Source: Octopus sinensis (taxonomy: Eukaryota). Taken from it: a stretch of DNA of 64,000 nt. The notes beneath the pieces were generated by a model. The model worked only from the letters and a program-made list of their open reading frames with translations. It did no database searches and was not told where the DNA came from. Both the position numbers and the translations under genes were made by a program. Shown here piece after piece: positions 22,410 through 35,820 of this stretch; position 1 is the first letter of the stretch; each line of letters starts with the position of its first letter. The stretch spans positions 2,914,001-2,978,000 of the forward strand of contig NC_043004.1 of NCBI RefSeq assembly GCF_006345805.1, written 5' to 3'.

Positions 22410-23670
22410 TATATATATATAATATATATATATAAAGATGCTATATTTCCATGAGGTATGTATAAGAGTTATATAATACTGGAAGGTAGTTTTTTTTTAC
22501 AGAGTAGTTATATATCAAAACAGAGGTGCTTATATAAAATCTTTGGTAATACAATAGAATGATAAATCGTCAAATACGCAGCAATTGATATACATTAGAT
22601 GAGAAAAGGAAGGATATATAAATGTGATAGAGAAAGAAGTGGATTTCTCACTGCATAACAGCAGCTATGGCGTACTTTGCGGAGGTTAGTACTTTTTTTG
22701 GGGTGGGGGATGATAGTGAGGAAAGGCAGATACGAAAGTGTGAGGCTCGCTATATATATTTAGTGACCAAACATGCAGAGAGAAGACTGTAGAGTTTCTT
22801 TTTTCAATATAACTGACTAAAAATGTGTTGTGCATTTGGCACCGGAAAGGAAGAGCATATTTATTTGAGAAGAGTGTAAAAGCGATAAATTAATAATAGC
22901 TATTATAATAAAATAGCTATGTGGAATGATTAAGACAGACAGACAGAAAATTGTTGAATAATGAAAAGAGAGTAAGACCAAGAAATAACGAAGCAGAGAG
23001 GGGTATGTTGACAGAAGAAACAACTGTTTGTTTCTTAAAATAAGATTATAAAGTACAATAACAATATAACGGGAATGAAAGAATGGAACAAAACCATTTA
23101 AAAAATTTACAAGTTTATGCTTAGAAATTTACCTGCTAAAAATGAGGAACCATATTTTTGATTTACATCAACAAAATATATTTGAATTCCAATTTGTTTT
23201 GACAGAGAAAGTGAAGCAGATAAGAAGGAAGTTTCATGGAAAGAACAAACAGAGAATAATATAAAGAAAGAAAAAGAAAGAAAAGGGAGAGAAAGACGGA
23301 AGAAAAGAAAGGGAGGCATAACAGAAAAAAGTAATTATTGAGAAAAAAGGGAGATTTAAATACTAGAAAGAGTGGAAGCACCAGATCGGTTGTTTAAGAC
23401 AAAACATTGCAATGAAGTAAAATACAATAAAAGGAAACCTAATTTCTACGAATTCCGTGAATTATTTTTGAACGGAAACTTAGCAACATGAAATTTTTCA
23501 ACAAATTTGAAAATCTTTCAACAAATCGATGAATTTCAAAGTAATTCAAAGAGATTCATGTCTACAATTGTAGTGTAGCGTTTTGGTAGAACGGTTCGAG
23601 ATCTTTAGCTTAAAACAACTAGCGACATTCATCCGACACTATGCGCTCATTGCCCGGTTGGCTAAGAATC

Positions 23671-23887
23671 TATTCTTTTCTACTCTAGACGCAAGGCCCG
23701 AAATTTTGGGAGAGGGAGCAGTCGATAAGATCGACCCCAGTACACAACTGGTACTTAATTTATCGACCCCGAAAGGATGAAAGGCAAAATCGACCTCGAC
23801 GGAATTTGAACTCAGAACATAAAAACAGACGAAATACATGTAAGCATTCCGCCCGCCGTGCTACCTCTTCTGCCAGCTCGCCGCCCT
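23671..23887 (-). mobile_element. SINE family A monomer, full length
   Basis: Head, core and tail (..gggccttgcgtctagagtagaaaagaata) on the minus strand. Confidence 0.9.
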
Positions 23888-23916
23888 ACTAAATGAGAGT
23901 ATATTAACATTGGCAA

Positions 23917-24310
23917 GGCGGTGAGCTGGCAGAAACGTTAGCACGCCAGGTGAAATGCTTAGCGGTATTTCGTCTGCGTTGCGTTGTGAGTTCAAATTCC
24001 GCTGAGGTCGACTTTGCCTTTCATCCTTTCGGGGTCGATAAATTAAGTACCAGTTACGCACTGGGGTCGATGTAATCGACTTAATACCTATGTCTGTCCT
24101 TGTTTTCCCCTCTGTGTTTAGCCCCTTGTGGGTAATAGGGAAATAGGTATTTCGTCTGCTTTATGTTGTGAGTTCAAATTCCGCCGATGTCGACTTTGCC
24201 TTTCATCCTTTCAGGGTCGATAAATTAAGTACCAGTTGCGCACTGGGGTCGATTTAATCAACTGGCCCCCTTCCCAAAACTTTCGGCATTGTGCCTAGAG
24301 TAGAAAAGAA
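23917..24310 (+). mobile_element. SINE family A dimer (head-core-linker-core-tail) with TSD
   Basis: B boxes at 23988 and 24170 (182-bp period). 17-bp TSD tatattaac(a/g)ttggcaa at 23900-23916 and 24311-24327. Confidence 0.92.
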
Positions 24311-24771
24311 TATATTAACGTTGGCAAAGTTGTGTTGGAACAGGTTTAATGAAGGAAGGCTTTAAAATTTCTTATGTTTATGTTGAGTAGATCAACTGTT
24401 GATTGAACTACTACCACTACTACTGCTGCTGCTGCTGCTGCTGCTACTACTACTAATACTAGTACTACTGATGCTGCAATGATATTTCAGTATGTTTATA
24501 TTATTTATTATGTGGCACTAATGACCAATTTCGAAATACTTTTGTACAAAGCTTTAAAAAGTTTTGGATGGGGGTAGATGTGGTGTATGCAAGCTACACA
24601 GCGGGTTACTAATGAGAGGTATTGATGCGGTTTTATAGGAGCTTTGCTAGGCAATATCAAGTGATATTACTTAAATTTTTTCATGAAATCTGTCCTTCTT
24701 TAAACCTTTCTTTCAATCGAGAGCTACACAATTAAAACCACGTGAAATGCTAGAAATACGACGCCTAATAT

Positions 24772-25088
24772 GTGGCAGTCCGTCGGTTACGACGACAAGA
24801 GTTCCAGTTGATCCGATCAACGGAACAGCCTGCTCGTGAAATTAACGTGCAAGTGGCTGAGCACTCCCCAGACACGTGAACCCTTAACAACAGAAACAGG
24901 AAGAAAGAGTGAAAGAAATCGTGGTGAAAGAGTATAGCAGGGTTTACCACCATTCCCTGCCAGAGCCTCGTTGAACCTTAGGTGTTTTTGCTCAATAAAC
25001 ACTCACAACGCCCGGTCTGGAAATCGAAAACGCGATCCTACGACCGCGAATCCGCTGCCCTAACCACTGGGCCATTGCGCCTCCACAT
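24772..25088 (-). mobile_element. SINE family C with internal deletion and 12-bp TSD
   Basis: Head gtggaggcgcaatggcccagtggttaggg. TSD gacgcctaatat at 24760-24771 and 25089-25100. Confidence 0.9.
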
Positions 25089-25344
25089 GACGCCTAATAT
25101 TATTTACTGGATTAAGGGAGTGTGGCAGGAAGATTTCGTATACAGCAAATTTTCTTTGGAATCCTTATAAAGGTAATGTTTGGTTATGCTCAAGTCTAAA
25201 AGAATATCGAAAACCTTATTATATTGAGAAAGAAATTGAGTTTTCTGGAACTATAACTTAACCATTCGAGTGTAGAATATTTACAGAGTAGTTCTATTTT
25301 TAACTTCTCTATCGATTTGATCTCCTATCGTCATTAAGAATATT

Positions 25345-25674
25345 CTTTTCTTCTCTACTCTAGGCACAAGGCCCGAAATTTTGGGGGAGGGAGCCAGTAG
25401 ATTACATCGACCATAGTACACAACTGGTACTTAATTTATCGATCCCGAAAGCATGAAAGCCAAAGTTAACCTCAGGAGAATTTGAACTCAGAACGTAAAG
25501 ACAGACGAAATACCTATTTTTTTATTGTCCACAAGGAGCTACACACAGAGGGGACAAACAAGACAGACAAACGGATTAAGTCGATTACATCGACCCCAGT
25601 GCGCAAGTGGTACTTAATTTATCGACCCCGAAAGGATGAAAGGCAAAGTCGACTTTGGCGGAATTTGCCGCCTT
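25345..25674 (-). mobile_element. SINE family A dimer with most of the head deleted, with TSD
   Basis: 5' aaggcgg is joined directly to caaattcc. TSD gtcattaagaa(t/c)att at 25330-25344 and 25675-25689. Confidence 0.85.
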
Positions 25675-26436
25675 GTCATTAAGAACATTATCCCTAAACT
25701 GACATCGAATTGGAAACCATTATTTCCAAACAATGTATATTCACGTTCTAATCTAGTAAACGTCAACTCACCGCCGACATTTACAAATTAAATTAGAAAG
25801 TTTTAATAATTCAGATGTCACACTTACATGAAGACCTTGGTAAAGAAACACAAAACGATACCACATTCTTGAAATTCCAGGTGATTGATTATCTACAGAG
25901 TCAAGTGAAATATAGAGACATCACTTTCAACGTCGGATTTTTGTTTTGTTTTTTGTGTTTCTTTTTAGCTTTGTTACTGAGAATTATATCAATAATGTTT
26001 AATTCAATGAATCGATAGTCGTATATTTACAGCAGTAAGACTTAGAAAAAATATAATCTAATTCTCCTGTTGGTGTCTTGTAAGCTCTTACAACGATGAT
26101 ATCACCTCAAGGTATGATCATGTTTGGAAGTATCAATAATTTTTCTTACAGTTTTTACAAACAAAAATCACAAGAGCTTCTCTTATCACAGAATATATAC
26201 GAAATAATATTTTGGCATTCGACAGATTATAAAGATGGTTCGATTAGACACAGTGAAAAAGTGACGTGTCATCAAATAAAACATGTCTTCGACTATATAA
26301 TGCAAAAATATTTTTTTATTTAATTTTCTTTTTTTTTTATTTAATCTTCTCTTTCTTTCTGGCAATTAATGTACTCTCACACACACATATATACACAAAG
26401 AAGCATCTGTAATCTATGCATACAAAGTATATATTA

Positions 26437-26467
<31 letters not shown>

Positions 26468-28213
26468 CGTATGTGTGTGTATGTGTGTGTGAGGGAATCT
26501 GTGTGTAAATATTGTATGCATCCATATAAATGAAAGTGTATATCTACGCATAAGAAAATAAGATGATAAAGGAATAGAAGATTGTCTTGTGAACGTCATT
26601 AGCTTACCGCTGTTTCAGCAATAAGATGCTGTAGGTTAAATGCTTGAGTAACACCTTACAGCTTCATCGGAGCCTCGAATATGAAGTGCCGTTTATTTGG
26701 GAAAAGAATTATATTTGTGCATACATACAGGAAAAAGTATCATCAATGAAAAAGCCAACACAACACGTACGTCGGGGATGAAAGCCAAGGGCTTCTCCCC
26801 TAAATAGAATATGAGGGAGGATATAAGCGGCGTAGGAAGAGGGAGCTGGGGTAAAGAAGAAATGAAAGGCGGGAGAGGGAGGAGGATTTCTATGATATAG
26901 GGAAGAATGAAGAGAGTCAGAATAGATAAAACGGAAACAGAAATGAGAAAGTAAATTTTAGGTCCGTGTGGTGAAAGGAAGCGCCTCTGGTGGTCGGGAA
27001 TCTCACTCAGCTAACTATAAATCAGTTAGGGATGGTAGCTGGTGTTATAAAGGGACAAAGAGAGGCAAGCAGTGAACGAAAGGAATATGGATTGGGGTAG
27101 CAGAGGAAGAGAATATGTCGAGATAGGGAGAACAGTTCAAGGAGAAGAGGGGAAGAAAATGATGCTAGCATAGCTAAATAATAAATAAGGGTTGAACCAC
27201 AATTACGAGAAATCATAAAGTATTTACGTAATAGGATAAAGTGGAATAAAATTTATGCTCACAAGAGAAGATTACGCCTCTGAATATATGGAACAACAAG
27301 GCATTATGATTGAGAGATATAGCGAGCGTTCCCCTGCAACACATCTTGTCATTGGTTTATATATGCACCAGGCTGTCATCATTATTTTAAACATTTATTG
27401 TATGCCAGTGTTAAAACAGTATTAATAATGCGATACGTAAATTAGAAAAGGTTTATCCAAAGATGAAAAGATCTAAATTGTATCAGAAATATCTGGCATA
27501 GGGTGAAATGTAGAAACTTCATCGCCTTAAATGTCTTAGTGTTTAGTTTCATCATTCAGCATTTTGAATTCCAAATCAACCGAGCAACATTTATATTTCA
27601 TCTGACCAGGGTCATCACTATCCAATACCAGATATATACCAATCGGATGCGGAACTAAAGTCAATCGACTCCTTATCCCATAAGAATTTTATGCGTCTTA
27701 GATCAATATAAAAACAACTGTTTACACATTCGTTCTGAAATACTCTCACATATGCGACGTGAATATCTCACACATAATTTAATGCCTTAGAATATACATA
27801 TTGATGTTTGGACGTCTTTGAAGAAAATGACTCAGAAGTTGTTTTCTTTTCTTCTTTGAACCCAAGGTAAGCAATGGTTTCGTATGATTTCTTTTCCCGT
27901 TTATAAAAAACAAAAACAGTTTGTTTAACTTTCCTACTAAGCGCCTCACAAATTGATTTATCTAATCTCCAAAGCGTCAGGAAGTCAAAAAGATGAGAAC
28001 CGCTGGCATAGAAGAAAAGGATTAACACACATAATTATCTGCGGGTATTTCTACTGCCTTGGAATTCAATCCAGCTTGAGAAACAACTGTAAAATTTACT
28101 ACAATAAGTAAGTTTGAATTAATCAGAACTGTGAGAATTAAAATGATAACTACAAATATGTATGCAACGAGGAATTAAAGACATTAGCGAACGTATGTAT
28201 GTATGTATGTATG

Positions 28214-28244
<31 letters not shown>

Positions 28245-28246
<2 letters not shown>

Positions 28247-28610
28247 GGAGGCGCAATGGCCCAGTGGTTAGATCATCGGATCGCGGTTTCGATTCCCAGA
28301 CCGGGCGTTGTGAGTGTTTATTGAGCGAAAACACCTAAAAGCTCCACGAGGCTCCGGCAAGGGATGGTGGTGATCCCTGCTGTACTCTTTCACCACAACT
28401 TTCTCTCACTCTTACTTCCTGTTTCTGTTGTACCTGTATTTCAAGGGGCCGGCCTTGTCACTCTCTGTGTCACGCTGAATATCCCCGAGAACTACGTTAA
28501 GGGTGCACGTGTCTGTGGAGTGCTCAGCCACTTACACGTTAATTTCATGAGCAGGCTGTTCCGAAGATTCGGATCAACCGGAACCCTCATCGTCGTAACC
28601 GACGGAGTGC
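28245..28610 (+). mobile_element. SINE family C, near full length, inserted in (TATG)n
   Basis: gtggaggcgcaatggcccagtggttag..gtttcgattcccagaccggg..cccgagaactacgttaaggg..gacggagtgc. Confidence 0.9.
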
Positions 28611-29164
28611 TTCCTCCCCTATGTATGTATGTATAAGACACCCGTTGTTAATGTCCTTTTATTTGCATTTGTATTTGTGTACCATTTCTGCGTTTTTTTC
28701 CGTCCTTGTTTTCGTATACATTCGCTGCTTTCCTCCAAGGAATCTAGTGCTCTTAGCTTAGTGTTTCCTTGGGGCTGGCCAGATTAGAGCAATTTCGAAA
28801 CTGCAAAGATAATCTGGAACTCGACTGAAGAAAGAAAATCCCGAATGACCCGTCCTTGTCTTTGCTTTTCCCTTTTTTTATCATCTGTCTCGATGTTTTG
28901 CCTTCTTGTCCCATCTTTTCTATTCATTTAATATGTTTATATGTATAACCTATGAATTTCCTATTGGCCCTAAGAAGGAAATTCTCAAACGTTTAAGTAA
29001 AACATGATCAGCCTAGCAATCATCACAACTAAGAAACGTCTTAAAACTTATCGTCTCTGTAATTCCCTCATTCTTTCTCTCCCTCCCCCTCTCTCTTTCC
29101 TCCTCTCTCTCTTTCTCTTTCTTTCTTTTTGAAATATATGACAATAGAGATATTTATTTAACGT

Positions 29165-29197
<33 letters not shown>

Positions 29198-30180
29198 CAC
29201 ACGCACAAACACACACGTACATACACACACACATACAGACAGACAGACAGAGGGATATGTATGTTTATATATAGTACATATACATATAGGGGGCTAGAGA
29301 AAGAAAGAAAGAAAGATAGAAAGAAAGATAGAAAGGAAGAAAGAAAGATAGAAAGAAAGAAAGAAAGAAAGAAAGTGAACTATGGGATGCAGAGCGTGTA
29401 GTGTATCATTAAATCTATCCCCTGGTTTCACGCCGTCATTCGAGCGCATCTCTCTAATCCGCCATCTCCACGGTCACCGGCGTAAAACGGTTTTATCCTT
29501 CAGAGGTGAAACGAGTTAACTATGTCAATACAAGTTACATTCATCTCACTCTCAATCTTTTGTGTGTGAGCCGGGATTGTATTGTATTGTATTGTATTGG
29601 TGTATGCATTAATGTGTGTGGATGTCCGTGTGTGTGTGTGTGTGTGTGGTAGGTGTAGGTATTTACTCAAATCTGTTGAGCTGAGTTTGTGGGGAGATTT
29701 TGATTTTCGGTTGAGTCATTGCAAATCAGTTAATCCCGGTAGAAGCGGTTCCTTGCCAAAGTCAACAACTTTCAGGCTATTAGAAAAGTGCAGCTAAATT
29801 TTTCCCAGCCTGTCTCCATTTAGGGAGAAGAAGGATGTTGTGAGTAGTCCAATATCGTCCATTTCACTGGACAAAATATCTGATTTCAATAGAGGAGAAG
29901 GAGGGGAGAGGGAGGGCAAAGAGGTAAAAAGAGAACATTTAACCCGAGTATGTGACTGGTATTATATTAATCGTCCTCGAAATGACGAAGGGCAAAGTAG
30001 ATCTGGTGGAATTTCAACTCAGTTCAAAGATAGCCAGATCTCATACAGCAAAGTATTCCACCCAACACTTTCGCTCCCCTGCTGCCAATAGGTCGCCTAA
30101 AAATAGCAAAGAAATTGCCCTCGAATCACATTCTAAAATTTAAAAAAACGAGGGAAGTATGCATTGGACAATACCGGAGA

Positions 30181-30400
30181 AATATTTATTTCTTTATTTC
30201 CCACGATGAGCTAAACATAGAGGGGAACAAACAAGGACAGATAAAGGATTTAAGTCGATTACATCGACCCCAGTGGGTAACTGGTAAGTATTTAATCGAC
30301 CCCGAATGGATGAAAGGCAAAGTCGACCAGGGTGGAATTTGAACTCAGAACGTATCGGCAGACGAAATACCGCTAAGCATATAGCCCGGCGCGCTAATGT
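30181..30400 (-). mobile_element. SINE family A (head-core-linker)
   Basis: Core and linker are recognisable on the minus strand. Confidence 0.85.
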
Positions 30401-30401
30401 T

Positions 30402-30548
30402 CACGTGACTTAGCAGTTCGGCAAAAGAGACCGACAGAATAAGTACTAGGCTTACAAAGAACAAGTCCTGAGGTCGATTTGCTCGACTAAAGGCGGTGCT
30501 CCAGAATGGCCGCAGTCAAATGACTGAAACAAGTAAAAGAGTAAAGAG
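30402..30548 (+). mobile_element. 3' part of SINE family B
   Basis: ttagcagttcggcaaaagagaccg..ggtgctccagaatggccgcagtcaaatgactgaaacaagtaaaagagta. Confidence 0.85.
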
Positions 30549-30604
30549 AAAGAGTATATAAATGCATGCACATTTGTATATATAAATATACGCTTAGGCC
30601 TCTG

Positions 30605-30635
<31 letters not shown>

Positions 30636-30650
30636 TGTGTGTGTGTGTGT

Positions 30651-30693
<43 letters not shown>

Positions 30694-30789
30694 ATATATT
30701 ATTTGGAATTACATGCGTCTTGCTGGTTATATGTTTTCAGGATGGAAACATATTTTATGCGTAACTGACTTGTGGAGGTGGTTTCAGTC

Positions 30790-31205
30790 AGCCTTAAAGC
30801 TTTGGAAATGATATTTGGAAAACTTTAGCGGAAAGCCGTACATTATTGAGAGAAACTATCACGTAGAGACATGATGAATTTGAGAAAAAGCAAATGGAAT
30901 ATCCTGCTTTGAAGCGCTCAGCCTGTAAGTGGGCCTCACCTAATGCCTGCAGAAACCCAGCAGTAACTGAGAAGCAACGCGTGTGGATGTTCTATTATAA
31001 ACACCTAAATTCATACAAGCCTGGGAGAAATGGAGCTGGTTATGAGATGGCTCCTTCGCCAATCGCACCGGCGTACATTTGTATCGAATAGAGAAATAAG
31101 AGTCGATTCTGTGAATGTTTCTGCAGAACGAAAGCTGGACTGAAAAGCCATTTGCGTGCACACGATCATGCAATGTTCAATGAAGAGACGGCACTCTTCT
31201 GACAA
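30790..31205 (+). mobile_element. 3' end of an RTE-BovB-like LINE with remnant zinc finger
   Basis: WKTLAESRTLLRETIT*RHDEFEKKQMEYPALKRSACK, then CRTKAGLKSHLRAHDH (31122-31169), the pattern of BovB/RTE-1 C-termini. Confidence 0.7.
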
Positions 31206-31419
31206 GATGTAACAATAAGCATCTATCTATAAATATATCCGTACATGTATATAGATATATTATTACATGAGTATATATTACACTATACAAATATACATCT
31301 TCACATAACACTTATATAAATAGACAGATAGATAGAGAGATCGATAGATAGATAGACAACTAAATAGAGAGAGAGAGAAAGAGAAAAAGACAGACAGACG
31401 GCTATCTAGCTAGCTAGAT

Positions 31420-31425
31420 AAATAA

Positions 31426-31479
<54 letters not shown>

Positions 31480-31503
31480 TGACAGACAGACAGGCAGACA
31501 TAC

Positions 31504-31542
<39 letters not shown>

Positions 31543-31577
31543 GTGTGTGAGAGAGAGAGACAGATAGACAGACAGAT

Positions 31578-31670
<93 letters not shown>

Positions 31671-31680
31671 CATAGATACG
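31420..31680. repeat. (GATA)n/(GACA)n microsatellite
   Basis: Directly visible. Confidence 0.95.
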
Positions 31681-32313
31681 CGTACACGCACTCATAAAGA
31701 GTGAGAGAGAAAGAGAGAGGAGAGAGCTACGTACATACTTATAGTCATACATGCTTACATGCAAACATACAGACACGTACATATGCTACACAAACAACAA
31801 ACTCACAAACACAACACACACACACACACACACACGCACGCACACACACACACACACACATTCACAAAGGAAATCCATAAAAAAAAAGAACATCTCTTCT
31901 GGTTCCCTTGACTGGAGAAGTCAGTCAGCCCAGTAAACTTAGTCTAGCATAGTATAAACTAGTTTGTTTCAATATTACAACATAATATCTGAAAGCTGGG
32001 ACAAGCTCCACGCTTGCTAACTTTATACAAAAGGAAGTTAACGGTGAAACCTCAATACATTTGACCAGCTAATTCACTTGAAATGCATTTATGTGTATAA
32101 AATCTGACATAGATACGGACATTTCCCATCGAATAGTTTTGATTATGTTTTTTTAAAACTCACACCTGGCTGAACATAACTTGTTCGTTGACAATTCCTG
32201 TATCATCTCACTAAGCAAAATAATGTTCTCACCTTCAAATCATCATTATCATCATCATCGTCATTATAATTACCAATTATCATAATATGTTGTTATTATT
32301 ATCGTTATTGTTA

Positions 32314-32371
<58 letters not shown>

Positions 32372-32488
32372 CAATGGTGTGCTTGAAAGTTTTATATTTA
32401 GAATCAATGTCCTTGATACCATGTCACAAACAGTTTCCTTAAATAGCGGGGACCTTTCTTACAATCCTTGCTGTTCCCTTTAGAAGTG

Positions 32489-32489
<1 letters not shown>

Positions 32490-32555
<66 letters not shown>

Positions 32556-32586
32556 TATTATTATCATTATCATTATCATTATTATC

Positions 32587-32651
<65 letters not shown>

Positions 32652-32665
32652 CATTATTATTATTC
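32490..32665. repeat. (TTA)n/(TCATTA)n microsatellite
   Basis: Directly visible. Confidence 0.95.
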
Positions 32666-32950
32666 ATGAGGGGACTAATGGGGTACCTCGGGCAATGGTG
32701 ACAGTCTTTTCTTCAGAGGAAATAGAGCGTTGGACGGTTGCCACTCCTGAGTTTAGAGATACACTCGCTCCCTGGGTGGGAGAACGGTCCATCGAAAGGT
32801 CAACACCAACGGCTGCTGATAAATACTGTGGACGAGAGCAAACGTGAAATAAAGTGCCATACTGATGGACACAGAGTGCCACCTGGTCTCGATTCGAAAC
32901 TGCCACTTTACAATCGTGAGTATAAGACCCTACACAGAAGGCTATTGATA
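32666..32950 (-). mobile_element. Old tRNA-derived SINE related to family C'
   Basis: Minus strand ctcacgattgtaaagtggcagtttcgaatcgagaccagg..cactttatttcacgtttgctc aligns with the head of 1489-1744 and ends in a (TAA)n tail. Confidence 0.55.
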
Positions 32951-32954
32951 TTAT

Positions 32955-33361
32955 TACTCTATTACTTGTTCAGTCAATTGACTGTGGCCATGCTGGAGCA
33001 CCGCTTTTAGTCGAGTAAATCGACCCTGGGACTTATTCTTTGTAAGCCCAGTACTTATTCTATCGGTCACTTTTGCCGAACCGCTAAGTTACGGGGACGT
33101 AAACACACCAGCAACGGTTGTCAAGCAATGCTAGGGGGACAAACACAGACACACAAACATAGACACACACATACACACACATATATATACATATATACGA
33201 CAGGCTTCTTTCAGTTTCCGTCTACCAAATCCACTCACAAGGCTTTGGTTGGCCCGAGGCTATAGCAGAAGACACTTGCCCATGATGCCATGCAGTGGGA
33301 CTGAACCCGGAACCATGTGGTTGGTAAGCAAGCTACTTACCACACAGCCACTCTTGCGCCT
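32955..33361 (-). mobile_element. SINE family B, full length
   Basis: Head, CORE-like domain, internal CA/TA tract and tail are all present. Confidence 0.9.
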
Positions 33362-33408
33362 ATCATTATTATTATTGTTGTCATTATTATTATTATTATT
33401 ATTATTAC

Positions 33409-33479
<71 letters not shown>

Positions 33480-33482
33480 TTA

Positions 33483-33808
33483 AAGCGGCGAGATGGCAAA
33501 ACCGTTAGTACGCCAGGCAAAAAATGCTTAGCAGTGTCTCATCCGTATTTACGTTCTGAGTTCAAATTCTGCCGTGGTCGACTTTGCCTTTTATCCTTTC
33601 GGGGTCGATAAATTAAGTACCAGTTGCATACATTCGCTATTATTAATATTATTGTTATTGTTGTTGTTATTATTCCGCCGAGGTCGTCTTTGCCTTTCAT
33701 CCTTTCGAAGTCGATAAAATAAGTACAAGTTGAGAACTGGGGTACACGTAACCGACTTAACCACTCCCCAGAGTTTACTGGCCTTGCGCAAAAATTTGAA
33801 ACAATCAT
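33483..33808 (+). mobile_element. Two adjacent family A fragments (33483-33630 and 33673-33808) separated by (TTG/TTA)n
   Basis: Head plus core, then core plus an alternative tail. Confidence 0.75.
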
Positions 33809-34137
33809 AATTATTATCATCATCATCATCATTATCCTAACCGTTATCCTCATCGTTACATGAGACTGCTCAAGCGAATGTGAGTCTTTGTCAGAACTTC
33901 CGCGAACACAGAATTTTTAACCGAATTATCTGATGCCACAAAAGTACACTTTTTTTTTTTTTTTATTCCAGTTTTACGAAGCTTTGAAGAACCAACCCAT
34001 TACTTGCAATAGAGAAAACATTCGTCCCTACTCATTTCTAAATGTTGACATATTTTCGGCAAACAGCCATTACTTTTTTCTTTTTTATTGTAGGATGGCC
34101 ACCCTTTCTGCAACAAGGAAAAGTGTTAATCCCATTG

Positions 34138-34212
34138 ATAGTAGTAGTAGTAGTAGTAGTAGTAGTAATAGTGGTGGTGGTGGTGGTGGGTGGTGGTGGT
34201 GGTGGTGGTGTG

Positions 34213-34277
<65 letters not shown>

Positions 34278-34295
34278 TGTAGTAGTAGTAGCAGC
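34138..34295. repeat. (GTA)n/(GGT)n trinucleotide microsatellite
   Basis: Directly visible. Confidence 0.95.
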
Positions 34296-35623
34296 AGAAG
34301 CTTAAATAAGGTAATCAAAGACGTATTTCCCACTAGAAACTTTCGAGCATAGAATAGGTTTCAATATGAAGTTTAGACTAAAAAGATGTCGGCGAAAGTA
34401 CAAAAGAACCGTTTTGAGCAAAAACTCTATAAACAATACAAGCAACGGAATCAGCAACTTCAACATTATTTGGAGTAGCTTGATGACGGAAGGAAAATAT
34501 TAAGAACACTGACTGAGAGAGACAGTGGGTTTTTTTACTCGGAGAATTCAGTCAGGAAATGGCATGTAGGAAGCTTACATTTCAATGCTTTTCCAACTAC
34601 AATGATTATTGTCCACAAACCCTTAAAAGCAGAGTTGGATGTAACTCTGGTCAGCCTGCTCCTTCGGCCGAGTTTAACACCAAGAGTGAGACTTCGCTAG
34701 CTGGTGCCTCAATATTCGGGAAAATAGACATAATTGTCATGAACAAAAATATTTGTATAATAGTTATTAGGAATAAGAACAACATCAATATTTCTTTATT
34801 TGTAAATATTCCAGACCAAGACTAGAGAGAAAGAAATGAACAAAGTGAAAGAGTTCTGCTTTTCGAGGTTAGATCGTTTCTTCTGAAATTGTAACAATGT
34901 TGGACAGTTACTAAAATATTTCATGGAGATTTATCAGGCCAACGATAAATAACGTTTAGCCATGACTATTCCGTCAATGTCTCAGACATTGTCTGTTGAG
35001 TAAAAAAAGAATTCCCAAGAATTTTGTGTTGTCCTTCAACATAGACATTACACAGATATGTTTACGAGGCATAGAGATGTTGATAAATAACTGACAATTT
35101 AAATCTGTCAGTCACAAAACTCAGAATTCATTCCATCCACAACATACCAGCTTAACCAACGTACCAGCCGATTTAATGAAGCATTTTTCCTATGCTCTAA
35201 CACTTCACTATCTCAGACTGATCCTTAATTTAATGAACTTTCGAAAATCCCACTGGATTTTGAAATCAAGAACGCAAAACACCAGCGCAGTTACTGCAAG
35301 GGAGATTTTGGCCGGCACCGTAAGGTTTCTGTCAATAGCCAATAACACATCAGCAATCAGTAATTAATGTGGGTTCAATCACACTGATGTGTATAAAGAC
35401 ATCTCCATAAAACATTCAAGTTCATCGTGTATCTATCACTACATTATCTTATAAATGCTCCTGGTTTTAGTAGGTTACAAATTGTGGGAAATTTGGTTCC
35501 TATATCCTGAAGGTCAACTACCGCATATAAACTCTCTTTACTTATATCTAAGTAACATGACTCCAACCAAACTGCAAACTGTTAATTTGACCAAACTTGT
35601 GTTTCATTAATTCAGTGTCGAGT

Positions 35624-35820
35624 AAGACCACGCGCTGGCAGAATCGTTAACACACCGAGCACAATGCTTAACCACTTTTCGTTCACCCTTACGTTCTCAT
35701 TTCAAATACTGCCGAGGTGGACTTTGCGTTTGATCCATCGGAGTCAATAAAATAAGTACCAGTTGAACACTGGGTGTCGATTTCGAACTTGCTGCTCTTG
35801 TGCCAAAATTTGAGAGCAAT
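35624..35820 (+). mobile_element. Old SINE family A copy
   Basis: gctggcagaatcgttaacac..tttcaaatactgccgaggtggactttgc..aataagtaccagttg. Confidence 0.7.

Noticed and set aside
28635-28925. Repeat-like block with CTGAAGA..ccGAAT (28825-28846)
   Set aside because: Stem II does not pair and the GAAA box is broken. It cannot be supported from one copy.
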